A DNA stretch of 63,448 nucleotides, the filler included, from Chrysochromulina tobinii (Eukaryota): NCBI GenBank assembly GCA_001275005.1. It is 9 parts of 9 records of this genome, joined end to end, with 100 filler letters (N's around TTAATTAATTAA, not from the genome) between each part and the next. Parts side by side here need not be neighbours in the genome. Positions count along the whole stretch, not along the records: positions 30,827 to 51,059 come from JWZX01000731.1; 8 more parts are not named here. One strand, 5' to 3'. Of this stretch, positions 32,021-43,268 are shown in pieces. The translations under genes were made by a program, and so were the position numbers. Position 1 is the stretch's first letter, and every line of letters begins with the position of its first letter. The notes under the pieces are model-generated. The model ran no database searches. It was not told the origin of the DNA and saw only the letters and a program-made list of their open reading frames with translations.

Positions 32021-32055
32021 ACTTGTGTTGTTTCGACTACTTAGCTTGCTTGCTT
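32021..32055. mobile_element. 35-bp insertion with (GCTT)n end and a 9-bp duplication
   Basis: GTACTTGTA at 32012-32020 and 32056-32064. Its reverse complement matches 21823-21857. Confidence 0.6.
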
Positions 32056-32866
32056 GTACTTGTAGTACGTGTGCAGTCGAGTAGCTACTCTGTACTCTGG
32101 CGTGCTCGTAGCCTCGTACTGCGTGTATAATATCTGGGAGCGAATGGCATTCGATTTGGTTCATTTGGAAGTATCTCGTGTTCTCGTCTATAGTCTCGTA
32201 TGGGAGTAGTATGGGAGTTGCGGTGTCCGGTGAGGGTGACCGGTGTTCCGCGTTGGCCGTTGCAGACCTCGCGCTGCGGGTCTGCGCTCGTGGCGAGCTT
32301 GCAGCTTCAGAGGCTGCGACCCGAAAGCCTCCTAATCCCTAAGACCGGCTCCCACGTCTTTCCGTGTACTATCCGTCCGCGGTCACGTCAGGGTGTCAGA
32401 CGTGAGTCATTTCGTTTCGGGTTTCTGTCACAATTCCTCCTAAGAGCTAAGTGAATGTGGTCGAGCGGTTAAGCGGCCATATTCCGCCGGATAAAATTAT
32501 ACTTTGCCAAGCATTATTTAGCATAATTTTGCCGTCCGGATCTCCGGAAAAGAAACGCAAACCGAACCGCTGTACCGGTCTGACCGGTCGGTCGGCGGGG
32601 CTCGCGGCTCGGGCGTAAAAGATTAACGCATAACGGGGGTCTGCTGTTCAAAGGCGCCCCGCGCGCTGTGACCCGCGCAACCCGCATGTTTGAGGCACAT
32701 TCTTGTCAGACTTATACTCTATGCCTTTTTGCTAGCATGGGTCGGTTGGGACCGGACATGGGGGGGCTGTGAGCCGGGAGGTCGCCCGGCACTCGCGCGG
32801 AGGTTGGGAGAGGCGAAGCAACGCGGGCCACGCAAGATCACGGTATGGACGCGCACGCACGCGCGC

Positions 32867-34288
32867 TCACGCCGAGCTCGCCGAGAACACGTTCAGGCCA
32901 AACGCGACGAGAAGCAGCGCCGCCGCGACGAGGAAGTGCATGCCCGGGACCTGGAGGGACGCGGCGGGAGACGAGAAGTGCGCGAGCAGCCGGGCGTACA
33001 TGGTGGAGCCTATGGCCGAAGTGAGCTCCGTGAGGGAGCCGAGGGCGCCCAGGAGGGCACCTCGCTCGCCCACTGGCGCGAGTGAGGCGAGAAAGGCCTG
33101 GAGCGCGGGCAAGCTCACGCACCCAAACGCGACGATGGCGATCCCAACGACAAACCCGAAGGGCGTCGGCGCAAGAGCCGTCACGACGAGCCCCGATGCG
33201 AAGACGAGAAGCCCCGAGAGGAGAGACAGCCGAAGTCCGAGGAGCGGCACCATGAGGCGCGGCACGATCGCGAGCATCAGCCCGACCAGTACCATCACCG
33301 GCCCCGTCTGCTGCTGCGACCAGCCAAACCGCACCGAGGCGTAGTTGACAAACTGCGCGTCCAGCGAATTGCGTGCGAGCGTGACCAAGAAGTAACTCGC
33401 GGCGGCGGCTCGCAGCATGGCTCCATGGAGGAAGAGTCTGCGCAGCCCGCTGAGCGGGTTCGCGCCGCGCAGATCCATCTTGCCTGCGCGACGCGCGGCC
33501 GGATTCGACTCTGGGGTCGCGAGAGCGATGACGAGCGCATTCAGCAGCTGCAGGGCGCCCGCGATCAGCAGCGGCATCCGCGGTCCGAACTTTGTCCCTA
33601 GTAGGCCCCCAATAGGGAAGGCGATGATGAAGGCACCGCCGATCGAGAGGCCCTGGAACAGGCCCAGGTTGGTCGCCGTGCTCGCGGGCATCGAGCAATC
33701 GACCACGTATGCCTGGCACACTGGCGTCATGCACGAGCTGCAGCCATCAATGATGTCGGCCAGGTACAGCCCCACGCGGCTGCCACCGGAGGCCGCCTGG
33801 AGGAAGTTGGTCATGGCGAAGCCGAGCGCAGACCACAGCATGAGCGGTTTGCGCCCCAGCGCATCTGACAAGCCGCATAGGTAGCCGACGCCCAGAAAGG
33901 TGAGCAGCTTGTCAACGGCCTCCACGTTGCCACTGAGCGCAATCGAGGCCGCCGATGGCTTCAGATTGCCGTTGACGGCCAGGCGCACCATGAAAGACAT
34001 GTTGATGGCGTTCAAGCCTAGCGAGAGGAAATAGAGCCAATTAGAGAGCAGCGCCCAGAGGAATGAGGGCGACCTCATTCCTCGACCTTGAGACGCCGAC
34101 GCCGCCGGTCGGGCGATCGCAGCACTCAGCTCGGCACGCGGGCTGCCGGGCCTTCGTGCGACCAAGGGGCTCGGCGTGCGCAGCTGGACGTGCGCGTTGG
34201 ACGGAGAGGCGGGTGTGGCGGCGTGCGAGGCGCCGAAGAGCGCGAGGTGGAGAAGCGCGCCGACGGGAATGGCATGAATGTACTTCAT
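32867..34288 (-). CDS. MFS transporter (TetA/DHA1-like) with signal/transit peptide
   Basis: Motif A GLSDALGRKPLM, QAYVVD, AFPIGGLLG, PALQAFLA and ERGALLGAL, with ~12 TM helices. Confidence 0.88.
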   Translation of the reverse strand: MKYIHAIPVGALLHLALFGASHAATPASPSNAHVQLRTPSPLVARRPGSPRAELSAAIARPAASASQGRGMRSPSFLWALLSNWLYFLSLGLNAINMSFMVRLAVNGNLKPSAASIALSGNVEAVDKLLTFLGVGYLCGLSDALGRKPLMLWSALGFAMTNFLQAASGGSRVGLYLADIIDGCSSCMTPVCQAYVVDCSMPASTATNLGLFQGLSIGGAFIIAFPIGGLLGTKFGPRMPLLIAGALQLLNALVIALATPESNPAARRAGKMDLRGANPLSGLRRLFLHGAMLRAAAASYFLVTLARNSLDAQFVNYASVRFGWSQQQTGPVMVLVGLMLAIVPRLMVPLLGLRLSLLSGLLVFASGLVVTALAPTPFGFVVGIAIVAFGCVSLPALQAFLASLAPVGERGALLGALGSLTELTSAIGSTMYARLLAHFSSPAASLQVPGMHFLVAAALLLVAFGLNVFSASSA

Positions 34289-34379
34289 GCCCCTTGGATG
34301 GCACATCTTTCGCTCCGTGATTGAAGTTATTGCATTTCGTCCATCCTTGCAGCGCAGCTCTTCCGAAGAAAACGTCGTC

Positions 34380-35573
34380 ATGGGCGCCCGATATGAAATC
34401 CTTGGCCGCAGCAGCAGCAACAGACACAAGGAAGGACCGCAGCGCTCCTCGTCGTCGTGTGCCGCTCGCACACCGCCGGACGCCGCCATGGATCCGGTGA
34501 TCGACGAGGTCAAGGTGTTGCGGGATGTGTTCAGGGGAAAGGAGAGCTCGATCATTCAGACGGAGATTCAGGTCAAGACGACGCTCGGCCAGGGCCACTT
34601 TGGACGTGTGCGCGTGATTGAGGCGCCGCTTGCGCGCGACGAGCTCAAGAAAAAATACGAGATGTTCCACACTGGGCTCTTCGCGCTCAAGATCATGAAA
34701 AAATCCGAGATCATGCGCTTGAAGCAGTACACGCATGTTCATGACGAGCGGAAGCTGCTGAGCCGACTCAAGAACCCGTTCATCGTCACGCCGTACCACA
34801 CATACCAGGACGAGCGCAACCTGTACATGATCATGGAGTATATCCAGGGCGGTGAGATCGGCAGCAAGCTCCACCGCGACGAGACCTTCTCCAATGATCT
34901 CGCGCGCTTTTACATCGCGCAGCTCGTGATGGTCTTGCAGTACATGCACACGGAGCACGTCATCTACCGTTCTGTGGGCACGACGGACATCTTGGTCGAC
35001 TCGATGGGCTACATCAAGCTGGTAGACTTTGGGTTCGCCAAGTACCTGCCGCCCAAGGAGGACGAGGAGAACAAGACGTTCACGCTCTGTGGCACGCCCG
35101 AGTATCTTGCTCCCGAGATCATCAACAACAAGGGACACAGCAAAGGGGTCGACTGGTGGGCTACGGGCATCCTGATCTACGAGATGCTCGCCGGCTACCC
35201 GCCGTTTTACGCGCCCGATCCCTTTGACATCTACACCAAGATCCTCAAGGGGTTCGACGCAGTGCGCACGCCCGCGGCCTTCGATGAGCAGGCGACTAGT
35301 CTGATCAAGAAGATGCTACACCTTGATGTGACGAAGCGTCTGGGATGCTCGGCGGGCGGGGCGGAGGATATCAAGCGGCACAAGTGGTTCCGCGGGCTCG
35401 ACTGGGCTGCGCTGTACAACAAGCAGCTCGACGCGCCTTGGAAGCCCACGCTCGCCGATGACTCGGACACGAGCAACTTTTCGAGCTACGACGATTCGAT
35501 CGAGGAGTCTGGCCCGCAGCTACCGCCCGAGGTGCAGGACAGGTTTGCGTACTGGGAGGCGCAGATGGCCTGA
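34380..35573 (+). CDS. PKA catalytic-subunit-like AGC kinase with a degenerate catalytic loop (probable pseudokinase)
   Basis: GQGHFGRV, FALK, DFG, KTFTLCGTPEYLAPE, VDWWATG and AGC tail SDTSNF are present, but YRDLKPEN is replaced by YRSVGTTD. Confidence 0.9.
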   Translation: MGARYEILGRSSSNRHKEGPQRSSSSCAARTPPDAAMDPVIDEVKVLRDVFRGKESSIIQTEIQVKTTLGQGHFGRVRVIEAPLARDELKKKYEMFHTGLFALKIMKKSEIMRLKQYTHVHDERKLLSRLKNPFIVTPYHTYQDERNLYMIMEYIQGGEIGSKLHRDETFSNDLARFYIAQLVMVLQYMHTEHVIYRSVGTTDILVDSMGYIKLVDFGFAKYLPPKEDEENKTFTLCGTPEYLAPEIINNKGHSKGVDWWATGILIYEMLAGYPPFYAPDPFDIYTKILKGFDAVRTPAAFDEQATSLIKKMLHLDVTKRLGCSAGGAEDIKRHKWFRGLDWAALYNKQLDAPWKPTLADDSDTSNFSSYDDSIEESGPQLPPEVQDRFAYWEAQMA

Positions 35574-35947
35574 GATCAGTAGGCGCGACGCCTGACGTCG
35601 GCGGTCCCACAGCCGAAGGCCGCGAGCACCGCGAACGGTAATAGACGTGCGCGCCGCGGCGGCGCGTGGCGGCGGCGACGGCGGCGGCGGCGGCCGCGCG
35701 TGTCGAGAACTAAAGGACCGGATGAGAAAGGTCGTGTGGCCGCGGGCACGTGGCACGCCTGCATGCGCGCGTTTCAACCGAGAGCGATTCCGTTGTGTGC
35801 ATGTCCCTAACTCTAAGCGAGGTCCGTATCTGCACATGGTCTGAAAAATCATCACCAAACACATAATAGATCATTCGAGTTTCGACTGGTGGACTGCGCC
35901 GCGCTGCGTACCGCAGCGGTTCCGTGTGCCGTGCCATCCTGCCATCC

Positions 35948-36619
35948 TCAACTGTCAGCGCCGCGATCAACAGTCTCCTCGGGAGTGAGGCCAAAGTCCC
36001 CCGGGTAGAAGGCCTGCGCTACGAAGGCGAGACGTTCGGTGAGGAAGCCAGCAAAGATGGGCAAGAAGCCAATCGAGTCCGGATTCTTCGCCGCAAGGAG
36101 CACCATGAGCACTGGCACGATGAGAGCGGGCGGGCCGCTTTTCTTCTCCTCGAAGGTGGTAGCGCCAAACCCGTCTGCAGAGCGTTGCGCGAGCACCAGG
36201 TACAATGCGCCCAAAATGGCGCCCAACGCGTAGCTGCGCACCGCAAAGAGATCAAAAAAGTACCACACGATCACGCAGCCCAAGAACGAGAGAAATACGT
36301 GATCGGCGAGCAGCTGCTTCTTGAGCGCTTCGTAAACCAGGCGCGAGTACTCGCGCTCCTTGTTGGACTTGTCCTTTGCCACCTCGATGTTTTGTAGGTC
36401 CTCATACCTCGCCGCATATCGCTGGGGCCCGTACTTGGCCTCCGCCGCCCCGGCGGCCAAAAAGTCATCGAGTCTGCCGCCCTTGAATGGCTTGGCGAGC
36501 ATCGTCACGCTCGCACGCGTCGGCGACGACCTTACGCGCAATGTCAAGCTCTGCACTGCCACGGCCATGCTCAAGGTCGCCACGAGGGCCAGCCGGGAAT
36601 GTGCGATCATCATTTTCAT
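35948..36619 (-). CDS. CGL160: CGL160/AtpI(Atp1)-like plastid ATP synthase assembly protein
   Basis: Signal and transit peptide, YEALKKQLL, SYALGAILGALYLVL, PPALIVPV and FAGFLT, with 4 TM helices. Confidence 0.7.
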   Translation of the reverse strand: MKMMIAHSRLALVATLSMAVAVQSLTLRVRSSPTRASVTMLAKPFKGGRLDDFLAAGAAEAKYGPQRYAARYEDLQNIEVAKDKSNKEREYSRLVYEALKKQLLADHVFLSFLGCVIVWYFFDLFAVRSYALGAILGALYLVLAQRSADGFGATTFEEKKSGPPALIVPVLMVLLAAKNPDSIGFLPIFAGFLTERLAFVAQAFYPGDFGLTPEETVDRGADS

Positions 36620-36765
36620 CTCGTTCGTAAAAAACAATTCCGCAACTCCCTTGAGTGGAGCCCCGGCCGTCCGCGCGTCCAGGTTGAGGGGCGCCTGTAA
36701 ACACCCGAGGAGCTCTCGAGGTCAAACACCAGAGATATGAGAAGTGGTTTTTCATTCCGTGTGAT

Positions 36766-38586
36766 TCATGCAGCTCCGCTTTCTACCGGCGCGTCCACGT
36801 GCCACTGGTGTGCGCCATGCACGGAGAGCAAGATCTCGCGCGCGTCGATGCGCGCGCCCACGCGTGCCGCGAGCTGGAAGCAACCGTTGAGCCTCCGGTG
36901 GAGCGTGTAGATCTCCTCGCGCGGCGGCGTGAGCCGCTCCTTGATCATCGTGGCCACATCCTTGGCGATACGCTTCGAGATGTCCTGCTTGCCAAAGTCG
37001 AAAGGTTGCGCGTCGCGCGCAAACGGGCTACCGACGAGCACGGCAGCGTCGTACTGGGCATCGAGCATGGTGCGGCCTTCCTTCCCCGTGAGGAATCCGA
37101 GCTCATGCGAATGGTGCAGGATGGCCTCGCGAGCCCCGGGCGCGCCTGAAGCGCCCTCCGCGCACGCCATCACCAGACGGAGGTACGAGTCCACAAACTG
37201 GGGATCGTACGACTGGCACGCCCCAAAATCGATGAGGGACAGCTGGCGGGTGCGAGGAGCGTAGAGGAAGTTGGACCAGTTCGGATCGGTCTGCATGAAG
37301 CGGAACGTGAAGAGCTCGGTCAGCGAGAGCCAGAGGAGGCGCGATCCCACGCGATCTCGCTCGGCGCTCGTCATGGTGCCCTTGGCGGCACGGTCGATCG
37401 ACAAGCCCTCCATCCATTCGGTTGTGAGGACGCGCTGGCTCGAGAGGCTCTGCACGACGGCCGGTACTGCAAACTCTGGGTAAGGCGCCATCAGGCGCTT
37501 GAAACGGCGCGTGGCCGTCGCCTCGTTGACGTAGTCGCACTCCTGGAGCAACTCTCGTTGCGCCACCTCGAGGATTCGATCGAGGAAGAGGCCAGGGGGC
37601 ACGAGCCCGGTGTAGTAGATGAGCTGCTTCATCGACCACAAGTCGGAGCGGATCGAGTCGGCGACGCCGGGGTACTGCACTTTGATGGCGACCGTCCTCC
37701 CGTCTTCGAGCACAGCGCGGTGCACCTGTCCGATCGAAGCGGAGGCGATGGGTATAGGCTCGAAGGAGACGAGCTGTGAGCGCCAGCCGTCGCCCAGCTC
37801 GCTCCGGAGCGTCTCCTCGAGCTGCCGGGCCGGCATCCAGTCGGCGCCGTCGCGCACGCGCTCCATAGCCACACGCAGCGCAGGCGGCAGCACATCCGCG
37901 TCATTAAACGAGAGCATCTGGCCGACCTTGAGAGCCGCGCCTCGCAACCGACAGAGCGTGCTCGCGAGCCGTTCGACATTGGCATCGGTCGCGAGGAGCG
38001 ACCTGTCTAGGGGCTCGCCGCGTATCGCGCGACGCACCGCCGACGCCGCAGCACCGGCGGCCAGCCCCAAGCCGAGGCCACCAAAGTGCACCGCACGCGT
38101 CACCGCCATAGTGGGGACGGCCTTGGTGGGTCGCTGCTCGGCGCTGGCGGCTGCGCTGCCGGGTGGCGGCTCGACTGGCTCTGGCGCTGAGATGATCGAC
38201 TGCGCCGGCTGCCACGACGACGCATCCTCCGTGCTCGGGGGCGGCGACGACGGCAGCTCTGTGTGAATATCTGTCAGTGAGGGCGAGGACTGCGACGGTG
38301 GTGGCGACGCCTCCGACAGCTTCTCCGGCAAGGGAGACGTACTGCGGATCCGCTCAACTGTATTGTGCGTGGAGGAAGACGCACTGCCGTCCATTGACGA
38401 GGGCGCAAACGCTCCTCTGGTGGAAGGCAACCGCCACGTTGCTGCAGCTGCAGCTGCGGCCTCTGCCTGCTGGATGACGCCTTCCCATCGAATAGGAGCC
38501 ACGAGCTTGCCGCGAGCCGCCTCTTCCGAAAGGTGCAACGCCACCTGTTTGGCGACGAGACCCGCACCTTGAAGCACGCGGTGCAT
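36766..38586 (-). CDS. COQ8: Atypical kinase COQ8/ABC1 (ADCK3/4)
   Basis: RGAALKVGQMLS, ASASIGQVH, VAIKVQYPG, MQTDPNWSNF and IDFGA. Confidence 0.93.
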   Translation of the reverse strand: MHRVLQGAGLVAKQVALHLSEEAARGKLVAPIRWEGVIQQAEAAAAAAATWRLPSTRGAFAPSSMDGSASSSTHNTVERIRSTSPLPEKLSEASPPPSQSSPSLTDIHTELPSSPPPSTEDASSWQPAQSIISAPEPVEPPPGSAAASAEQRPTKAVPTMAVTRAVHFGGLGLGLAAGAAASAVRRAIRGEPLDRSLLATDANVERLASTLCRLRGAALKVGQMLSFNDADVLPPALRVAMERVRDGADWMPARQLEETLRSELGDGWRSQLVSFEPIPIASASIGQVHRAVLEDGRTVAIKVQYPGVADSIRSDLWSMKQLIYYTGLVPPGLFLDRILEVAQRELLQECDYVNEATATRRFKRLMAPYPEFAVPAVVQSLSSQRVLTTEWMEGLSIDRAAKGTMTSAERDRVGSRLLWLSLTELFTFRFMQTDPNWSNFLYAPRTRQLSLIDFGACQSYDPQFVDSYLRLVMACAEGASGAPGAREAILHHSHELGFLTGKEGRTMLDAQYDAAVLVGSPFARDAQPFDFGKQDISKRIAKDVATMIKERLTPPREEIYTLHRRLNGCFQLAARVGARIDAREILLSVHGAHQWHVDAPVESGAA

Positions 38587-38722
38587 TGTCGCGCTCTATT
38601 GACTGCGCGCTCGCGCGGCGGGCCAGGGCGGACGGCGACGTGAGAATTCCCCAAGGGGCTCTTCGAGAACTTTCCGTGCATGATCTCATTACGGCGGGCG
38701 GGCGGGCGGCGCGCGCGCGCGG

Positions 38723-39736
38723 TTAGGACGTCCGACCAACACAAGAACCTGCACAACCCTGGCGCCTCGCCTTGCGCTCCCATGTCTGCACGAACTCCAA
38801 GCACGATCCCGCTCCCCCACGCCCTAGCTTGCCCTTGAGCTTGCTCGTCTTGTGGATCACATGAGCCCTCACACACCAGCGCGTGTCCCGAAGCTGCTCA
38901 ACCTGGGATGGGTAGAGATTGTAGGACATAGGGAGCTCGAGCACTTGCTCCGTAGTGCGGCCGAGGAAGTGAATCCACACTTGCTGGTCGCTCCCATCCC
39001 CCGAGCAGGCCTGCCAAGGACGGCGCGACAGCGCACTACGAATGAGGCTCCACGCTGCCTCGAGGCGCCGTCGTGAGCCAATGTGGACGCTCATCAAGCC
39101 CGAGTTGACGAGCTCGTGGTCGGCTCGGAATGTGAAAGCCAGTGCGTGCGGTGGGAGCGAGCTCCCCAGGTGGTCGAGGTTGCGTAACACGAGCATGTCT
39201 GTGTCAAGGTAGATGAGCCGCATGCCGAGATGGTAGCTCGCGTTGATGATGGAGAGCTTGGCAAAGCTCGCCTGATGCATCACACTGGCCCAGGCGGGCA
39301 CAGTCGGCTCGTTCCAGCTCGCGTGCAGCCGCAGGTTGCGCTGAAGCCGCATGAGCGTGCTGTTGACAGCGCTCTGGTTTCTGCCCGACAGCAAGCAGTG
39401 GAGAGGCATCGAAGAACTGACGGCCCGTAGATTGGCAGCCAACTCGACCACCCGCCTTGCTTGAGCGCGCCACTGAACCGCGGGTAGCTTTGCCCACTGC
39501 GGCCGTACATGGCGATCGTCCACGTGGAGCACCGTGACAAACGCCGCCGTCGATCTGTTCCACGAGTTTGCCTTTGCAAGCTTGTGCTGGCTGCTCGTGT
39601 TTACCGACGTGCAGAGCACCGACGGCTGGCATAGCCGACGAACACCTATGCCATGCCTTGCGAGCGTACCCAGGCGCTCGCTGCAGGGACACGACTCCGG
39701 GTGGAGCACTGCTTTTTCTGGCACTGCGCACACCAT
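38723..39736 (-). CDS. Glycosyltransferase family 8-like protein
   Basis: IYLDTDMLVLRNLDHL, NSGLM, GSDQQ, LPMSYN and VIH. Confidence 0.75.
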   Translation of the reverse strand: MVCAVPEKAVLHPESCPCSERLGTLARHGIGVRRLCQPSVLCTSVNTSSQHKLAKANSWNRSTAAFVTVLHVDDRHVRPQWAKLPAVQWRAQARRVVELAANLRAVSSSMPLHCLLSGRNQSAVNSTLMRLQRNLRLHASWNEPTVPAWASVMHQASFAKLSIINASYHLGMRLIYLDTDMLVLRNLDHLGSSLPPHALAFTFRADHELVNSGLMSVHIGSRRRLEAAWSLIRSALSRRPWQACSGDGSDQQVWIHFLGRTTEQVLELPMSYNLYPSQVEQLRDTRWCVRAHVIHKTSKLKGKLGRGGAGSCLEFVQTWERKARRQGCAGSCVGRTS

Positions 39737-39880
39737 GTCGCACCTGGGTATGCTTGCGGACTTCTGCAGGGTTTTGCATGCAATCCTTCACATAAACGAA
39801 CTAAACACTAACCGCCAAACCCCATCGCAGGTACATCGCAGGTACAGATAACCACATACCAAGATCGATCACTAACTCAC

Positions 39881-42800
39881 TCACGCATTCAGGTTAGGCT
39901 CCTCATCTAGATCTGGAGATGGGGGCCGACGACCTCCTGAGCTCTTTCTTGCACCAGCCTTGTTCAGCAGCGCAAGTGCTCCGTCGACGACGAATTGGAG
40001 AGGAGAAGAGAAAACAGGAGTGACCTTAGCCGACTCTTGGTGCGGGCCATTCTCGTCGACTGTCGCGCGTTGCTGCTGCTGCTGTTGCTGCACCATCCGT
40101 CTCGAGTACTCCCTGCGTGACACGGCCTTTGGAGAGAACGAGCGAGATGCGGAAGCTGTGTTGGAAGGTGGTATCTCCGAAGCGGGCGGTAAAGCGGGCA
40201 GCGGCCTGCTGCGACTTGAAGAGGATCGAAACGAGCTCTGCGCACCGCATGCTAGCCGACTGACAGTGGACATCTTGGTCATCTTAAGGCGTGCCTTAGC
40301 CTTTCGGTTCTGATCGATCATCTTCTGGCCAGCGGCCGCCCACATGAGCGAATGCTTGCGCCGGCGCGTGCATTCTGAGCGCATGTTGCGCTCGTCAGCT
40401 GCATCGTTGAGAATCCCTGCCACGTCCTTGCCTTCCCAACTAGAGTGACGGTTCCGAGCTTCCTCGAGAACGCCCATGAAGTCGTCCGAGGTGAGGCGGA
40501 ACATATCGCAATACGAGCTGCATTGGCACGTTGCATTCGCCTTGCACTCGACCTCAGCATCTCCCGTTTTGGAGGTTATCGTCTTGAGCAGCGTCTGCTC
40601 GCCAAAGAAATCGCTGTCTGTGAGGGTGGTGAGCAGCAGTTGCCCACCAGGAGAGCCTAGATCACGGCGCCACACCTTGACCAGCCCGCGGTTGATGACG
40701 TAGAGCGAAGAATTCGTCTTGCCTTCGCTGATGACGATCTCGCCAGGCACGAAGACGACTGGCGTAAAGTGCTCTACGAGCGACAGTGCCGTAGGCGGGG
40801 GCACCAGGCGAAAGATGGGACAGTCGCAAAAGAGCTGCCTATGCGTATGCAATATGAGTTCCATGGCGAGCCGCGGGGGCAGGTCACTCAGCTCCTGCTG
40901 GCCCTCTCCAGAGCGGTACGGCGAGAGCTGGTACTCGTAGAAGCTGCTGATCTGACTGGCGAGCGCGAGTGGTACGCGCTTGTGCCGCATATATTGGTGG
41001 ATGTTTTGCATCTTGTGCACGACCTTCGAAGACTTGAACGAGATAGACTGGAGCGCTGATGTGGTGGTAGATATGATCGCCGTGTTGAAGATCACACCGA
41101 AGAAGAGAACGAGGACTGTCACCACGACCTCGGGTAGCGCTTGCGGCTCGACATCGGCAGTAATGTAGCCTGTCATCATGCTAGCGCCCCATAGAAAAGC
41201 ATGAGCGTACTGATTCGCAACTGGCTGCGTGCCACGTAGCCAGGGGCTCGGGCCCCATCGATCTTCGGACGTGGGGTCTGTACGGCTGGTCGAGTTGCTC
41301 GTGGAGCTCAGGAGGCCATCTTGCTCGAGCTCACCGATGCACCACCACAAACAGGCGAAGCAGTGGCAAGTGAAGAGAAAGGTCAGAAAGGCACGGAGCA
41401 CACGGGTCACACCCGGGTTCAGCCGCCCATGGGCTGTGCTTCCCTCGTTATGGTCTGCTGTGCTGAGATAGCGAATGAGGGGGATGATGATTCGCAGCAC
41501 ACGCAAGAAAGGAAGCAGCCGCTCTGGAGCAGTGCGCGGGTTCTGATCATTTTCAGGCTGCAACCGCACGCCAAGAAGCCAGGCGTACGGAAAGGCGGCT
41601 ATGACGTCCGTCACGAAGTCGCCTTGAAGGTAGTGAGCGGCGACGAAGATGGGGTCGCTGATGAACATGCCGTCGTGCATGAAGCCGCGGCGGAAGCAGA
41701 GTAGAGGATTGAGAAGGAAGAGGAGCTCACACGCCAGGTTTGTAGCATGCCAGGGGGGCGAGTGAAAGGCGAGGGGAAAGGCAGCCTGCAGGGGCGAGAA
41801 GACGGCAATGTACAAGAGAGCGGCGCGCAGCACGCCATCCCATAATGTGACGACGGTTGCCGACGGTGGCACGACAGGCAGCCAGAATAAGAGATGAGAC
41901 GCGCTCAGCATCGAGCACGTGGTCGAGTTTAGGCCGTGGCGATGGTCCTGCTCCTTGAAACGGCCAGCTTGACGCTGACGGAAGTGCCATGATGAGCGCA
42001 GTACGTTGCGTGCGTGAACCGCAGGCGACTTCGTCACGCCACGCAGGTAGTCGCCATCGTGGTCGATGAAAAGCCTGCGCAGTTCAGAGAGAGTCGGCAC
42101 ATGCAGGCGCGGGTCTGACTCTATCCTGGTGCGTGCCACGTTCGGATGACAAGACACGAAGCATGACGGTGCTGAAGCATGGTGGCCTTGCATGCGCAGG
42201 AGCTCAATCTTTCTTAGGGGATCGAATTTACCGAACAGCTTTGTTGACTGCCTTGTGGGTCCTCTTCACCTCGGCCCATCTGTTCCTCAGTAGTTGCGAA
42301 GCACTCAACGAGGACCGCGACTGGCGCTCGCTTGTTACTTGGTCTTCTTCTGCGATAGACGCCGGGACAACGGCCTTGCGCCAGATAGAATCAAAACCCA
42401 ATTCAGCTTGTGGCCGAGAAGCCTGCGGGCTTTTCATTCGAAGCTCCTGGAAGGCGAACGGGTGCACGAATGGCGGCGTGGGCGTGTGTCAGATTGGAGC
42501 ACGTCCAGCACACATGCATGTGTTGTGCACTGAGAGCCAGCAGAGCGCAGAGGTTTGCCCACCTTGAAGCTGTGATTGAGATCCTCCTGGAACTGAGGAT
42601 CCCACGCCCAGCTCGCCCTTCGAAACGCCTTTGTCCGCAGCGCTGGATGCGTCGCTGGCTTGAACACGCTGCTCGCCTCGTTGACGTCAAATGCGGTCGA
42701 GCGCTGACTATTGGGCGGCGTGTCGGTCGTGAATCCCGAAAATGGCGGTCTCGGGTCGGCCAATGACGAACCACCGTTCGTATTTGCAATATGCACGTGG

Positions 42801-42895
42801 CGCTGGTCGAGTGCACGTATGAGCTTTGTCTGCTCAGTCTGCGTTTTGACGACCTCATCGAGGCGGGCCACGAGCTGCTTGGATAGCGATTCCAT
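39881..42895 (-). CDS. Cyclic-nucleotide-binding-domain ion channel (KCNH/HCN-like), multi-exon
   Basis: S1-S6 (WDGVL, LRVLRII, HCFACLWWCIG), C-linker, and CNBD FVPGEIVISEG..LYVINRG..DFFGE. Upstream exons are inferred from 42895. Confidence 0.88.
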
Positions 42896-43268
42896 CCTGG
42901 GAGAGGTGAGATGACTGTAACCTTGGTCTCGCGGTGACGCACTGCCACGTGCAGCGCAATGATGATGTTGGTCCTCTGAGCTTGGAGCGAACAAGCTCAT
43001 CAGCATACGCGGGCCAAAGTGAAGTGCGTGCTGGTTGGCCGCGAGAGGCGCGCCGCGAGAGTTGTACCGAAAAGGCAAGTCGGGGTGACCCTTATAGCGC
43101 GCGCGCGCGTCGTGAGTGTTGTGGTGAACGCAAGGCGTTTCATGCGGGAATACCACCGGCCGCCGCTTGCGAGCAGGTTGAACGCCTCGTATAGCCGCAG
43201 TGCGACCCCACAACATGCAAGTTCCTCAACTTTTTGGTGGCTGCACATTTACTTCGGGTCGCTGCTGG

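Noticed and set aside
1605..38586. COQ4-COQ8 ubiquinone gene cluster
   Set aside because: The genes are 34 kb apart on different contigs separated by artificial linkers.
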